Assembly: GCA_003344405.1 (NCBI GenBank) | Contig: NOWV01000021.1 | Span: 186,001-250,000 of the forward strand | Source: Trichoplax sp. H2 | Taxonomy: Eukaryota | Length of the DNA stretch: 64,000 bases | Direction of reading: 5' to 3' | In this document: one piece after another, positions 15,001 to 28,394 of the stretch | Layout: each line of letters starts with the position of its first letter | How positions within the stretch are numbered: position 1 is the stretch's first letter | Notes under the pieces: generated by a model | Told to the model about the DNA's origin: nothing | Seen by the model: only the letters and a program-made list of their open reading frames with translations | Databases searched by the model: none | Made by a program: the position numbers and the translations under genes

Positions 15001-17427
15001 CTAGGATACATAAAAACATTTTCAAATGTTTGTTTTTGGCATTGGAATGCCATTGATGGTACTGATTCATTATAACCATTCATTCAACCTCGATCGAATT
15101 TTTCGTTAACAACTTTTTGCTATAGTTACAATAATACAAAAGTTCTGGAAATACGCTAGAGAACAATCAACATTTTGGTTCTATTCATGTATCACCGTTT
15201 CACAAATCATTGCCTAGCCATAATAGTAAAAGCGTTCCATCCGTTCATTTTTCTACCCAATTAGAGCTCTAATCTGTCGCTCAGTATATATTTATAATCA
15301 TCGTTATCAATCATGGATTACGGCCACACCAGGCTTCAAGTACGGTATAAACTATAGAGCTATAAACGCTTTCTTATTCATAGACTAATATAGAAAGCAA
15401 TGATTGTCACGTTTTCAAGTTATCTTGTTGTCATTAATTCCATAAAAGTTTAATTTTTATATCCATCATACATGTTATAATTATGTATTTCGTTATAATA
15501 TAAACAAACATAACACCATTTCCGCTATCTTATCATGTCCTATTAATTTAATATTGAACTAACACTTCTATGACGTTCACTACGGTGCTTTTTGAATACT
15601 TCTATTTTTATCCTCTTATTGTAATAATTTGAATCTTTTATGAGTATAGAGAATCAACTAATTCTTGAAAGTTGTGTTTATCTCGCATTTATTAACCTTC
15701 ACCTTTTCTCATATCGTGTGAAATAGTATAGTAATTTAGGAAGATAACGTCACAAGTTAAATGATGGCAATCGTGTTGATGCAAAAATGTATTTACAACA
15801 TTTAAATTTATCAACAACAAAATTGGGTGTAGCAAAATGAAATTAAATTTGATTTAAATGACGACATAATATGAATGATGACAGAATGTGAACTCTATGA
15901 ATCGATTTTATATATTGACTCAGCTAATAAGTTGATCAATGATGATGTATCACGAGATTGATTGAATTAATCCTATGTTCTATTTAAATTGATTAGCTTC
16001 AGCGTCCTTCCAACCCAGGCTAATTTCATCCAATACTAGCTGTGGGTATATAGGTTGGCCAACTCTTCAACAACCCAGTGATACTAGCAATCAAGGCGTG
16101 TACTACCAATTAATAGATCCTACTAGGGGTCAAGTCCGTTATAACGGCACCATGACAACTACAGTGCTATGCATCGACAACAGACGTAATGCCGCTATTT
16201 TCAACTTGCAATTAATTGCTATACTGACGTAAGTTGTATCATGAATAATTCATAACTACATTCTAGTAAGAATGCAACAATATTATAACAATGCTATTTT
16301 GAATAGTGAATAAACTACGTAACGATAGAACAAGAATATGCTTATAATGATATTTCGTTCATGAATAATCGACCTAAGAATTGTGTAAAATCAACAATAC
16401 GTTAATCTGATCGTCGATGAAAGCATAACAATGAATTAATAGTTGAATTTTTAATTATGATATGTTATCGATTGGCCACAGTAACGGAGTATTTATAAGC
16501 AACACGACAAGCTTTCAGCTAGCAGAAACAGTTGCAGCGCTTGCTGTGTTGACAACGCTTGAAATTGCTGGAATTGTATGTGGTATTCTTTTACTCCTTG
16601 TCATGGCTGTATGTGCAGTATACGTTTATCGTAAGATCCACTTAAATCATCAAATCAACCAACCACTTTCTACACGTAAACTTTATGTTGATGTAAGTAT
16701 CATTAGTAAGATAACACAATTAATTTATTATTTGATGCAATGATAATATTGGGTAGATAATGTAGTGGTGTATGATAGCCAAAGCTATTCATCTAGTGGA
16801 TAAGTTAATATCGTATTATTGAATTTATTTCGGGTAGGATATTCCATTGGTTGAGGCACAAGAAACGGCTATTAATTTCTCACTATTTTCCCATCGAGCT
16901 CGGAGTAACAATGTATCATTAGAGCCGATTAAAGAAAGTGGAGAAGATATCGGTCCGACTGAATATGGTAGTGATGATAACGATATTGATGAAAATAGTG
17001 ATTCTTTTGATGCACCTCCAGAAGTTGTGGAAGAAATTATTGCTCCAGTCTCTAGTAATCGAAATAGTCAACCACCCAGTCGTTCAGCATCTATAGGATC
17101 CAAGTTATCAAAAAAAAGTGTAAATTTCAATGTAAGGCTATATTGTAATATTAATCCTATTATGGATCATCTTTCAATTTTATCTTAACTTAATATCGTT
17201 TCATTTTCCTATAGGAGGAAATAAGAGGTAACGTTACAGTCACTACTGTAGAAATGAATGGTGAACTTTACGAAATCCATGAAGGAGAATTTTCCTTTGA
17301 TCCAAATTGTTCAAATGGAGATGATAACATCGTTGGAAGGCCAAGAAGTAGCTCCATCATCATTGATGATATGCCTCCGACTTTGTTGCAATCTTCTAAA
17401 TCGGCAACAGAAACATCTCCAACTTAA
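1..17427 (+). CDS. Giant cadherin-repeat / mucin-like stalk / FN3-like / transmembrane protein (5' end outside window; ~3790 aa in window)
   Basis: Phase-compatible GT-AG exons: <1-86, 1070-8940, 10514-12725, 12825-13038, 13196-13239, 15997-16228, 16482-16692, 16838-17131, 17215-17427 (TAA). Cadherin motifs AIDPDG, NTNDYPPVF, ATDKD, AQDGGSPP, FEINGQTGIV. Ser/Thr-rich repeats at ~1920-12400. FN3-like segments (LNPNTVYSIQV; FNWTQPRESG...YYLTALNRFG; IGWP...VYYQL). TM IAGIVCGILLLLVMAVCAVYVY followed by RK. The 8940/10514 junction is the least certain. Confidence 0.8.
351..830. repeat. Degenerate ~125-140 bp tandem repeat, about 4 copies, in the first visible intron
   Basis: Recurring block (a)atgatctaggctat...atagt...aaatt...aagagttacagaaggattac...cactagctatat; GATCTAG anchors near 359, 497, 632 and 754. 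Confidence 0.75.
3220..4700 (+). repeat. Near-identical 363-bp (121-aa) coding tandem repeat with one 237-bp truncated unit
   Basis: Units starting GTT(G/A)AAGAATCTAGTCAACAACTTGATG at 3220, 3583, 3820, 4183 and 4546; peptide VEESSQQLDVSASTAVGESIGSTSDLDISSK... Confidence 0.95.
5480..5980 (+). repeat. Nested ~123-bp (41-aa) sub-repeat, about 4 copies
   Basis: Peptide YYNSLQSDRSQSESNIVSITEDLHSSTLPN..QLSDTQTNL repeated; it is a duplicated fragment of the larger unit. Confidence 0.85.
10700..12030 (+). repeat. 213-bp (71-aa) near-identical coding tandem repeat, about 6 copies
   Basis: SNQLSTTYSSSAEGLGYSLSDGFTFVTVASSQNRNPISISNTNSEQNSIEYPTISLLSQSSANLQTFTGKT; antisense ORFs recur exactly every 213 bp. 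Confidence 0.97.
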
Positions 17428-18050
17428 TCACCGACGGCCTCACCAATACTTGTGTCGCCAGTATCGTCATCAACATCGTCGTCGCCATCCAACTCACCAC
17501 CATCATCTCCAGTCACCAAGCCCTTACCAGAGTTTCAACCATGATCGGCAACATCTGCATTGTCATCCATTAATGAAGATTTATCCAAGTCACAAATTTC
17601 ATCAGAGAAGATATCTTCATCACAATCACCAACTTCGGTATTGGAAGGTAAAGATTTACCTGAGTCTCCATCTCAATTATAAAAGATATCGTCAATGCAA
17701 TCATCATCACTTACCCAAGAAGATATATCATTATCTTTGCCAAGGCCGACATCAAATCTTCCAGAGCCACCTTCTTCTTCAGTGGAAGCGATATTACCAT
17801 CTCCACTACCATCACCGACTATGCGATCAATACCACAGCCACCCTCTCCATCAGCATCATTGCAACATTGCCATTATCAGAGTCACCTTCATCAAATAAT
17901 AAGACTGTAGAAACTACTTCGGAATCACCTACTGAATCGACAGATTCTGCATTATCGTCTGCGCCTTTGTTACAACATCAATCTGCATCCGAATAATCTT
18001 CTCTTCCTGCTTTGCCGTTACTATCTTCAGAGATATACATGACTATATAA
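17428..18050 (+). pseudogene. Decayed Ser/Pro-rich former coding extension downstream of the stop codon
   Basis: The same frame continues SPTASPILVSPVSSSTSSSPSNSPPSSPVTKPLPEFQP* with isolated stops at 17542 and 17680 and an apparent frameshift near 17865. Confidence 0.55.
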
Positions 18051-18146
18051 TGAGAAAAATGGTTTATATCAGAATTGCTTATAATGAGAAAAATGTATAT
18101 AATATAATAATATAATGAGAAAAATGGTTTACGCCACAATTGCTTA
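18046..18146. repeat. Short imperfect direct repeats (TATAATGAGAAAAATG x3)
   Basis: Copies near 18046, 18080 and 18111; two are followed by gttta...aattgctta. Confidence 0.8.
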
Positions 18147-21100
18147 CATCAATATCTTTATCTAGAGCAAAATGTATGCATACTAATTAAAAAATTTTCA
18201 TTCTAGAGTTACCTAAGGCAAATTTTAAAAAATTAATCATTATCGTTTGTTAATGTAAATTATATTTCACTGCCTGACTTCAGGTGATTGTTGTTACTAA
18301 AGAATATGGAGTTCTATAAACAGAAATTTTTCACTCGGACTAGGATAAACTCATTAACTATAAGTTAATTGAAAGATTATCGACTTAGTATTTCTTTATA
18401 AGATTTATTAGCCATATACGATTAGAAAATACTGTAGAATAAAATCAGAAAATAATTTTCTGAGATTTCGTAAGACCCGTTCAACTAAAAATTGTATAAA
18501 GTATAGTAGGAATTTTATAAAATATGAAGTATAATGAGAAAAAATAAAATTTTAAGTTATGTTACTTCTTCTTTCATAATATAGTACTGTATTGCTAATT
18601 AATTATATGAAATATTTATTATCTGTTTACAAATTCTATAAGAATAGCTTGAAATTTCAGCATGAACATCTTGTTTCGTTGTCCAAGGCTAAATCACCTT
18701 AAATCATTTTAAATGTTAAAATATTCAACCGTGTGTCTACTATGTCTAATTGTAAATTGAGATGGATCTGATGTATCTTTTTACTGCTTATTGCTTTCTA
18801 ATTTAACCAAATATCATTATAATTTGCTAACAAGAACAAAAAATTGAAAGTTTTATTGTCATTTTTAAACAACTGTTAGAGAAAAAATTATTGAATTAAT
18901 AAATTGAGTCAATCGTTATTACCAAAAGTAATACCTTGTCAATGCGTATTCATATAGTGACGACCACCTATCTTGCAGTAGATTGCAGCTGTAATCTAAC
19001 ATCTGATTTAGTATAGATGCTGGAATACAGTACCCTGATCAATCTGATGACTTTTGGTCTAAACAGTGAAGAGAATATTACATAGTATAAATGTTTAAAT
19101 ATTTATCGTAATAGACTATCATCTCAATAGGTACGGTAGAGATAAAATATTCTGCTTAGTGTGTCAACATCAAAGTTTTCATTTCTATGGCTATTTCATA
19201 GAGGAGGAGTCAGCATAATTATAGGTTTTCCTCCATTAAAATATTTGGAGTCACTCAAGTAAGATTTATTCTTTAATATTAAAGATTTGAAGTATGGCTG
19301 CAATCGTTGCATTAATTATTGTCTATCATCAGATTTGCTTTCGCAGTGACATGCTATATATAGTCAAAATCGATAATGAATTAGAACGTTTCGATATTAA
19401 TTTGCTTTAATGATCTGCATGTCTTCTAAATAAGGTATAAGTTATAAATTTAACTTGCTAGCACTAGAATCAAAATGATAATTATTGAATTTTATTTTAT
19501 AATTTTAATCTCGTTCACACCTCCTTTTCGAGTAAAATTACAAAACTCACGTCTTAGTCACCGATGCGAACAAATTATTAAATAGAGCTTTACATTTATC
19601 TTGTATATTATTATAATTAGTAATTATAATCTTTGTAAAAAGTGGAACGTTTCAACAACTTCCATGCAGGAATTTAAAATAGCTCTACAATTAGAATGAA
19701 TATTTTTACTAGCGGGAAACTTATAAACAATTTACTGAATTCAGGTAAATATGCGAACTAGAATTTATTTTATTAGAATTTAGTATTATATACGCGTAGT
19801 GCAGTACAATATAAATAGCTACAGTAGCTATGAAAATTAAGCTCTGATGCGATTGTATCTTAGAGATTTAAATTAAATAATTTCAAATTGAAATACTACT
19901 GATAGGCAAGTTGAATGTTTAAGATCATTTTTTAGGGATTATTTATTCAACGTAGAATATTTATCAACTATTCGCGATAGCTACAAAGATAGCATGACTT
20001 TAGACTTGCTGGTATTGTCTTTCAATAATAGTTTTAGAATATTTACAGTTAGCGTAAACTAGCATAATAACAGATGGTGAATTAATTGCTTCCAGATCTA
20101 AAAAATAAATATTAAATACTATTATTTAAATTGTTCCTTGTTTAATGTAATAAATATTGCATGAACGCTATATTGATCAAGAGAGAAAAGAACGTTAAAA
20201 ATATTCCAGAAATTCAAAATTTTTCAAACAAAGAGTACTACCAAGATAGCTTGTCGATTCCAACAATTTTTGCATTCTGCCATACCTTTGTGAATATACT
20301 CTGGGCTATCCTTTATACAATTAAGGATTGAATTATATTGGTAATATGTTTCAAATCTGTATAATAAACAAATCTTTGATCAGAGATTCTATATTGATAC
20401 TACAGAGTAGGACCCAATATTATTCTCGTTAATGTAATAATGAATACAAATCGATTCTGATAAAGATTATCTGTATCGTTTCCTAATAACAAGATTTCTA
20501 TAAGAATAAAATAATGACTTAATAACATAGACTTCTGACATATATCATCCAATATAATCTAGGCTATCTCAGTAGCACCCACCTACAAGAAAAATGGATA
20601 TTAGGTACGTTTTACAATGTTTACTTTTGCTCTTTCTGTAGGTAGATTTCTATTGATACCTTATAAAAACAGTGGCAGATTTTCTTGAATGCTTTGCTTA
20701 CCTAGTTCTGAAGACAGGATTCCAATTAATACGCTAATGATAGCAAGGACGTTTAGGAAATATATTTTAAAGCCAAGAATATACTTCTTATCACTTATTC
20801 CTTTCTATAATTAGCTATTTTTCACAAACTAAATACAATCTATGCTTCCTACAAGTGTTAACTGATATTGTATCTTTCATCTGCTAATATGTGCGTACTA
20901 TATATCTATGCCGCACGAATTCTTAAATCATCTTGACTTCTCTGCTTATCGGTATACTTGTATTACAAGTCATCAAATGTTATAACAGAAGTATTTCAGT
21001 TATTTTCATCATAATCCATATTCTTAGTCGAGCCTTCGATAATTCATTAAGTTAGTGGCTTGATCAGTTACTTCCTATAAAAGATTTCGAAAATCATTTG

Positions 21101-23026
21101 TTTCGAAGACGATCACAATATCAATAATCTATTCAATAAGGTCTTCTAATGATATATTAATAGAGAATTGAAGTAGATAATTAAATTCATTTTATTAAGC
21201 CTTCTGTAAATCTTTATGAAAGAATCAGTAGCTTATCGAAGGTAAATGTTAATCATTTTTCTTATACCAGCACTTCCTACTAGATCCTCTCTTGCATTAG
21301 AAGAAGTTCTTTCATCGTAAATAAATATCTGAATGAAAACTCAAATTCCTTAATGATGCCGATGCTTCCTAGTATGCCTTGCATTAATAGTATATTAGCA
21401 GTATCACGTGTACTCTTAAGCATTATAACTATTCATCTATTTATCTAAAATTTTAGACAGTTTTCATCAAATCTACAATTCAATCCTAGCTGTGTCTTAC
21501 AGAAACAAGCAAGGTAAAATTAATACTAACAAATACAAGGGTTACATCCGCGATATGTATTTGTGTATTGAACATTAAATATTTTTAATTTACTTTGGGC
21601 CAATGAAAGAACAACTATAAGAAGTTTTTATTTCATCCCGCACCGGATACCTTTTTTCATTTTATATCATACTGTTTATTACTTTCGTAATCTATTTTCT
21701 GTATGATTTAATTTCCCTATCTACCTGATTATCAAATTGGCCTTACACTGTATTCAGTTATTCGGATTATCTTTTTCTTTAAATATTCAGCATATCAAGC
21801 TCCAGAAGTAATGTACGGTGATTATATGAATTTATGAGATTTGTTAAGATTTTTTATCACTATAGCACTTTGTTGCGATGACATATCCATAGGAAGATAA
21901 ATTCACTCGGAGCTAAATAATGATGCAAAATTATTAGAAATTTCCTAATCCCTCATAGCCAATGTAATATACCGCTACGGGGTTAGATTACAGTGAACTC
22001 TCTCTATATACATTGTATTGGTTGTTATACAGTAGATAACTTGCTATCGAGGTTATAGAATTATAAAACTAATTCATATTTTAGTAAGGACAAATAAATT
22101 AGTTAGATATCTAATTCATTAGGGGCCGCAAAGGTCAAACCGTTTTCTGATCGTGATTAATCTCGTGATTAATCTCTTATTTCACTTGTTTATTAATTTA
22201 TACGATGTAGTAGCATAGATTAAAAAAAATCATTAATACATTAATAGGGTGATTGATCTGCTATCATTAAGCTAATTAACAATTGTTGTTTATTTGGCGA
22301 CTTATTTTCATCTGATTGTGATCGACTACAGTAGAATGGCCTAATATTTGCAAATTTTATAATTGATTTATGATGAATAAAATATTAAACGAAGATTTTA
22401 ATAAAAGTGATAAATCTATTAGCAATCAGCATTTTCTAGGCATCTATTAACCATATTATCGTCAGTGATAGTGTTTATTGTATTCATCAATCATATTGTA
22501 GTCAAATATCGGGATCATGGATTGTTGACCATAGTGAATAGACTATCGTCATTAAATACAACTAAAAGCTGATATCAAACAAATTAATTAAAATATGTAA
22601 AGGGAGGGACTAGAGGTTATTTGGACTGCTTACAATATAAAATGCTGTAACCTTCTGCTGGGTTAAGATGGAAGTCAAGTGGGCATTGCCATGGTTGTTG
22701 CCACAAGAGAACTGGTTAGATCTTCATCATGACATTAAACAGTAGTTATAGTTGGTCTGGCTATATCAATAGGAAGTGAGAGAAGCTTTACCGACCTTCC
22801 TAACCAACAATGCACATGGTCTAGTAAAGAAAGGCATCCTGTGGTTTATTGATAACATCCTGCACTATCGTGAAAAAGAAAATAAGCAATAACTTATGAT
22901 TTATTTAAATTAATAGTTATCTTTGGTCTAGGAATACTACTACTATTCAGTCCACTTCTATTCATCATTAGAAATTACCTAGATATTATACCGACTGACT
23001 CGTTTTTTGGGCCGATACCCTAACGG

Positions 23027-24210
23027 ATGATTGGGACTATATATTACAATCTACTCGATCGTAACCGAATTGTAATCTATGCTCATAATAGACGTACTAA
23101 ACGTGTTGGAATTGATTTCCAATACCTCAAGCTTGTAGCTACGACAAGGTTGCGTTAGTTAGTTAGTTAGTTAAATTGTATAAAAATATTAATCTTATAA
23201 ATTCTAGTCGATGAATGTCTTAGAATATATCAACCGGTAAAATGTTTAGATTAGTTGTGAACAGCCAAAACTAAATCTAAAAATATTATAGTATCTTTAG
23301 CGATAAAACGTTAGTAGGGAAATTGCAAAATTTTGAAATAGCTACTCTTGTTCCTGCTTTGAGCCTTAGGGGATTGATAGTAGTCGTTTCTTGCAGTACC
23401 ATATTACTGCTATTATTACTAATCCTGATATTCCTAGCGTGCAAACGAAGATTGAATATTATTTAAAGTCAATATCATACTCAAGCAGAAAATTAACTTA
23501 ATTTATTATAGCAATCTTTATTTATCACTCTTATAGCCGTAAATGCAGCTAGCTAAATAAACTTCTTAGTAACTAATGGTATTTCTTACTATTAAAATCT
23601 ACAGTATATCTGTATCACCATAGCTAATTCATTTTGTTAAAGTTATTATGTTTACCTAGTCCACTCCAGATAAAGTCATTAATGCAATTTTATCTCTTAA
23701 TTTTTATAGCCTTTAGGTACGTCCGATAATTTAAATATGCAAAATTTAGATTTGCAAGTATATAGAACCGAATTTGATGATGTTCCTACTCTGGAAACTA
23801 ACGGATTAACTAAACACGATGACGAACATCATGATGGATACGAGGGAGGGCTACAATTAATGGCATTCCTGCCAAAAAGTTCACAATTGAGGTAATCGTT
23901 TGCAAGACAGTAAATATTATTTGATATGAATGCTGGAACTGTTACATTAGCCTTAATCTTGAAGCTCAGTTCCAAATTGTAATTATCTAGTCGAAAGCTG
24001 TAATAAATACTCAGAGTCTCTATTGTATTTTTGTAGTATATGTAAGTCTAACAGAGCTGTGAAATATGAGACTATTAACATATTGTATATCTGATCTGAT
24101 TTATTTAGGGTGAGCTTCGAGATACGTCGTACGATACATTGGGTGTACTAATTGATGGAGTTCCATACACTAGAGTTGAAGGATATTTTGAATTTTCTGA
24201 AGAATTATAG
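23027..24210 (+). other. Possible small spliced gene or pseudogene of unknown family
   Basis: Exon-like blocks 23027-23153, 23717-23891 and 24109-(24151 or 24210) with plausible splice sites and compatible phases; 114 aa if the stop is at 24151. No family recognised. Confidence 0.3.
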
Positions 24211-26395
24211 TCCTTCAAAGTAATAAAAAATTACGTAGTTACGGTAAATACGAGCTGACTCCGTTCGATATTGGCTAAAATTTCAGTTCAATATAATTAT
24301 TTATTAATTATAACTAAAAAATATACTTAAAACCTTTATAGATAATTATCCTTTGTACATATCTCACATGTAAACATAGAATTTATCATTGTCACTTATT
24401 ACATACTTATAATACTTTCTATACAGTAAGAAAAAGAATTTTAATTTCACCTACCCAATCTTAATTGTAACTTAGCAAATTAGATATGAAATCATCTATG
24501 CATTTCAATTTTTTTTAAAATATACGTATATATGACAAGATTAAAGCGACTGATACTATTATCTTATTAGTCAACCAACATGAAATTATGATTGTAAAAG
24601 TTTGTAAACTAAATGAAATTAGATATTGTTTTTTAATACTTACCGTAGCTACTGTATTCGCAATTTACTGTGGTTAAAGTACGTAAATAAGTTTTCGATG
24701 CGATACGATTAAATAAAGATTGTGATGTTTTAAATTTACTCAGTTATTGCTGCGTAAAGTCGATGATCTATCATTGTCCTGTTATTATTTATGATGTTAA
24801 TATCCATCTTTAATGGATAAAATATATTTGAGGTATATTGTACTTTGCAGCATGAGTATGATTGGGATTAAGATTTTTCGTTTAGATTCATTTTTAATCA
24901 CTTAGTATCATATGAATTTTAAATACATAACTTAAATTTGTCAGTAAGAGTAAGACCTATGACGAAAGTTGGCTACATTAATTCTAATCTTTAGAACTAC
25001 TCATATTACTGATTATATGAACTATAGATTACGAATCAGCAGTCTTATAGATCGAATACAGTGTACATCGAGAGTCGTTGAATACTACCGTATGCGTACA
25101 ACCATATATTATAGTAATAAATGATACATCGTATCGAAGATCGGGCCAGAAATTTCAAGGGGGAGAAACTGTTAGCAAGATTAAATTTAGGCTTTAGCTA
25201 ATACGATCACATTCAAGACTTTCATAATGTCGAAATTAATGTGAACTATGAATTGATATCATGAATCAACTCATTGCAATATTGCATAGTAGTTTCAGCT
25301 CTTTTAGCGAATCTATATCCAATTTACAATTGATGAAAAACTGTATAATCTAATTGTTTAGTGCCACCATAATTAGTAATAAACTAGCCGTATAGTTAAC
25401 AATTAATTAAGCGTAGATTAAAGAGTTGGTCTATTAATATCGTAACTATTATAAATATTCGTATTTTAAATATAATTGAACGCCTCTAGGATTGAGAAGT
25501 TTATATAAAAAGTAATAGCAAAGATTCAAATCACTACACTACAATTATATAAGAGCATTTCTGAAGTTTAACATTTGAAACCTTATGGGATCAAATTAAT
25601 AAAAATAAGTAATCTACTATAGTTACTTCAGCTAGAATTATAGCGAGGAGAGTTTTCGTTAGATAAAGGGTTTTAGAATAGTAATTTACTTTCATCATGC
25701 AAGAACCTAGCTAAAATGTGAAATAGTAAGTAGTTTAATTAAAATTTGTGTGCTGTAGCAGTGTATGTCTTAAGAAGCTAGAATCTAGCATTTACGAGTA
25801 TTTCAAATCAGAGCTAATAAGATATGATTAGGCCAAAAATTTTCGTTTATTCTTAAACGAACTACTAATAATTATTATAATGATTAAAAATATACAGAAG
25901 CCGTAAGATTTTGGAAATCAACGTCACCTAAATTTACCATTATTTCATATTTTAAAACAATGATTTACAGTAAGCTATGAGTAGTTGGTATTGAGTAGGG
26001 TTGTATATAAAGCACAACGGTAATAATATGTTGACAATCAATATGCATGAAAATATGTTAACAGTTACTTATCGGCTATCCAGTTACATAACTGTTTATA
26101 ATAATCGAAATAAGAACAATAGCTGGAACAGAATAATACATAGAGCATGCATGGAAACATCCGTTCGACAGGAATGATTACTAACTTTGGTAAATGTTAG
26201 TTAATATATCATAACAATTGAATACACCAGACAAACGAGCACTTTCAATAATTAAAATCAATTACGAAATATCGAGGGAGCTACTAGATTTGGCGGAAGT
26301 ATTCTACTAGACAATTTCGTGATTACTACTATTTACCATACACTTGTCCTTAGTGGATCGAATTAGTAGTGTAAACTTTCATTTGCAGTTCCAAT

Positions 26396-28394
26396 TTATC
26401 GTCCTGCTTGACTTCTTAACATGTCATATATCTTCTCCTTAATCGAATCCTTATTCAACGGTGAGTAAGCGCAAGCATTCTTCTGCAGCCTGTCATATTT
26501 CAACATTTAATAAAAAAAAAGCGATAGGCAAAAAAGCAATTGAAGCGTCATTTTCAATCATATTTTATCTCTGAGGTAAATCATGTTGGTAAATTAAGTG
26601 CCTTATACATGGCTATTAAGTGAAACACTGCGTCAATATTATCGAACTACGCAAACATCTTAATCGCTACGCTGTTCTATATTGATTCGCTAGTTATTAC
26701 TATTGCATGAAATCTATTTTGAACCAATTGGAGACTGAGGTCATTTTACCAATGGAGTAAGTTTTAAGTGTAAGCTACAGATACAACCTTAGAATTAATC
26801 AATCGAGTTTTTATTACTACAAGCAGATTATAATGGTACACTAAACAGGTGAGGTCAGGGAAGTCATCAATGAAGTCAAACAAATTGCTGATATCGTAAG
26901 TTATGGACGGCTTAGAAGGATTCAATTTCTTTAAATGTTCTTCAAACATCTTACAAATAGCTGTGAAGAAAAAGCGATAATAAGTATCGGACTAGTTAGA
27001 ATGAATACACAGTGATGACAAAATCTTTAATTACATCATTTACTGTACAGAGCAAGATTTTATTATACGCGTATAATATTACAAATAGTCAAATTCTATC
27101 AAGAAAATACTCGTATACATTATACAAATAGTAAAATACACTCAAGCGAAAAGTGGTCAGTAAATAAAGGATACTAAGATTACATAATTAAAAATGACAT
27201 TTCTTGTAATTATTAAACTCTTACCTTCCAAACATTCCTTCAAAGAATTGTAATCCGAGTACGTACGACTTTCGTTTTTCGGAAATGGTTGTATCAATAA
27301 GATTGTATGCGACTACCAACCCATCATGGTAGGTGTAGTTATGATCATAACGGAATAGATAAGGAGATAACGAGTTAAAAGACATTTTATTGTATAAATC
27401 TAGCAGTCACTATCATTGTTAGTACGGGTGTTCAGTGTAGTTGTGATTGTGTCCTGTAGCAGATATATTACACAATATCCTTGCAAGACTCAAGCCACTG
27501 GTGTTTAACTTGAGTATCTAGCACTTAATCTATTGTAGGCTAGAGCGTGTATCAAGCCCAATAAATAAATTAATTAATCAACAAAAATGCAGATATTCAT
27601 AGCTAGACACACATACGCCCAATTGTTGTTCTATTGCAACCTTGAAATAAAGCATTCATCAAGTCTTTATTTCGACAGCAGTCTATTATCGTAGTAGATT
27701 TTCTATCTTGTTCTTGTATCAGACAGAAATGCATATTATTAAAGCATTGCACAGATGCACTTGCATAGTGTATTGATCTTGAGTTAAGAGAAAAGTGTAA
27801 CTTCATTACTGCAGAAACACTAGAACTGCAGTCATCCATCGCTTTAGCTTCACTTGGATATTCTCAACTCTACAGTATCCTACTTAAACGCATTCTAAGA
27901 TACGATGAAAGCTACAGTTTCCTTCTCATCAATTCATTCAGTCATCATTCTCATCATTGGAGTTACCTTGCAACTCAATACGTGAGTACAAGTTGCCTGC
28001 CACAAGGTGCAGCTTGCGCTCATGGAATGCACTGTAAATATCACCTTTTTTTTAATGAAAGGGAGTCATTTCCTTGATAGACTTTCAATGGTACTGATTC
28101 TGTTGTTTACTACACGCAACAGAACTTGTTCTACAGATTCAGTTCTGTAATCCACAGAAAAGAATTGCGATTTATGGTCAATTAATTCATGGAAAATAAC
28201 TGTTTCAGAACATGCAGACTTGGCAGGCGACATCGTTGATCTATTACGTTGACATTGATACTGTAGACTGTACAGTACTGTAGAATCGAGTGCTTTATCC
28301 ATACAGAACACTACAGTGGAGTAGAGTGCATGGTACTGTATTGGACTGTACAACTAACAACGATTGTAGCCTACGAGAGATGAAAACTTACCAT
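26396..28394 (-). CDS. ERH: Enhancer of rudimentary homolog
   Basis: Exons 28394-28392 (ATG|gtaagt), 27312-27225, 26960-26840, 26489-26396. Protein [101 protein letters not shown] matches the ERH family. Confidence 0.95.

Noticed and set aside
17258..17899. 213-aa His/Arg/Gln-rich ORF
   Set aside because: Frame-shift shadow of TCA/CCA-rich Ser/Pro codons; splice phase supports the other frame.
20850..21430. Minus-strand stretch with faint coding-like texture
   Set aside because: Stops in all frames and no recognisable motif; BLASTX would be needed to call it a relic.
23154..23175. (GTTA)n tract, superficially telomere-like
   Set aside because: Five copies of a 4-mer microsatellite, not TTAGGG.
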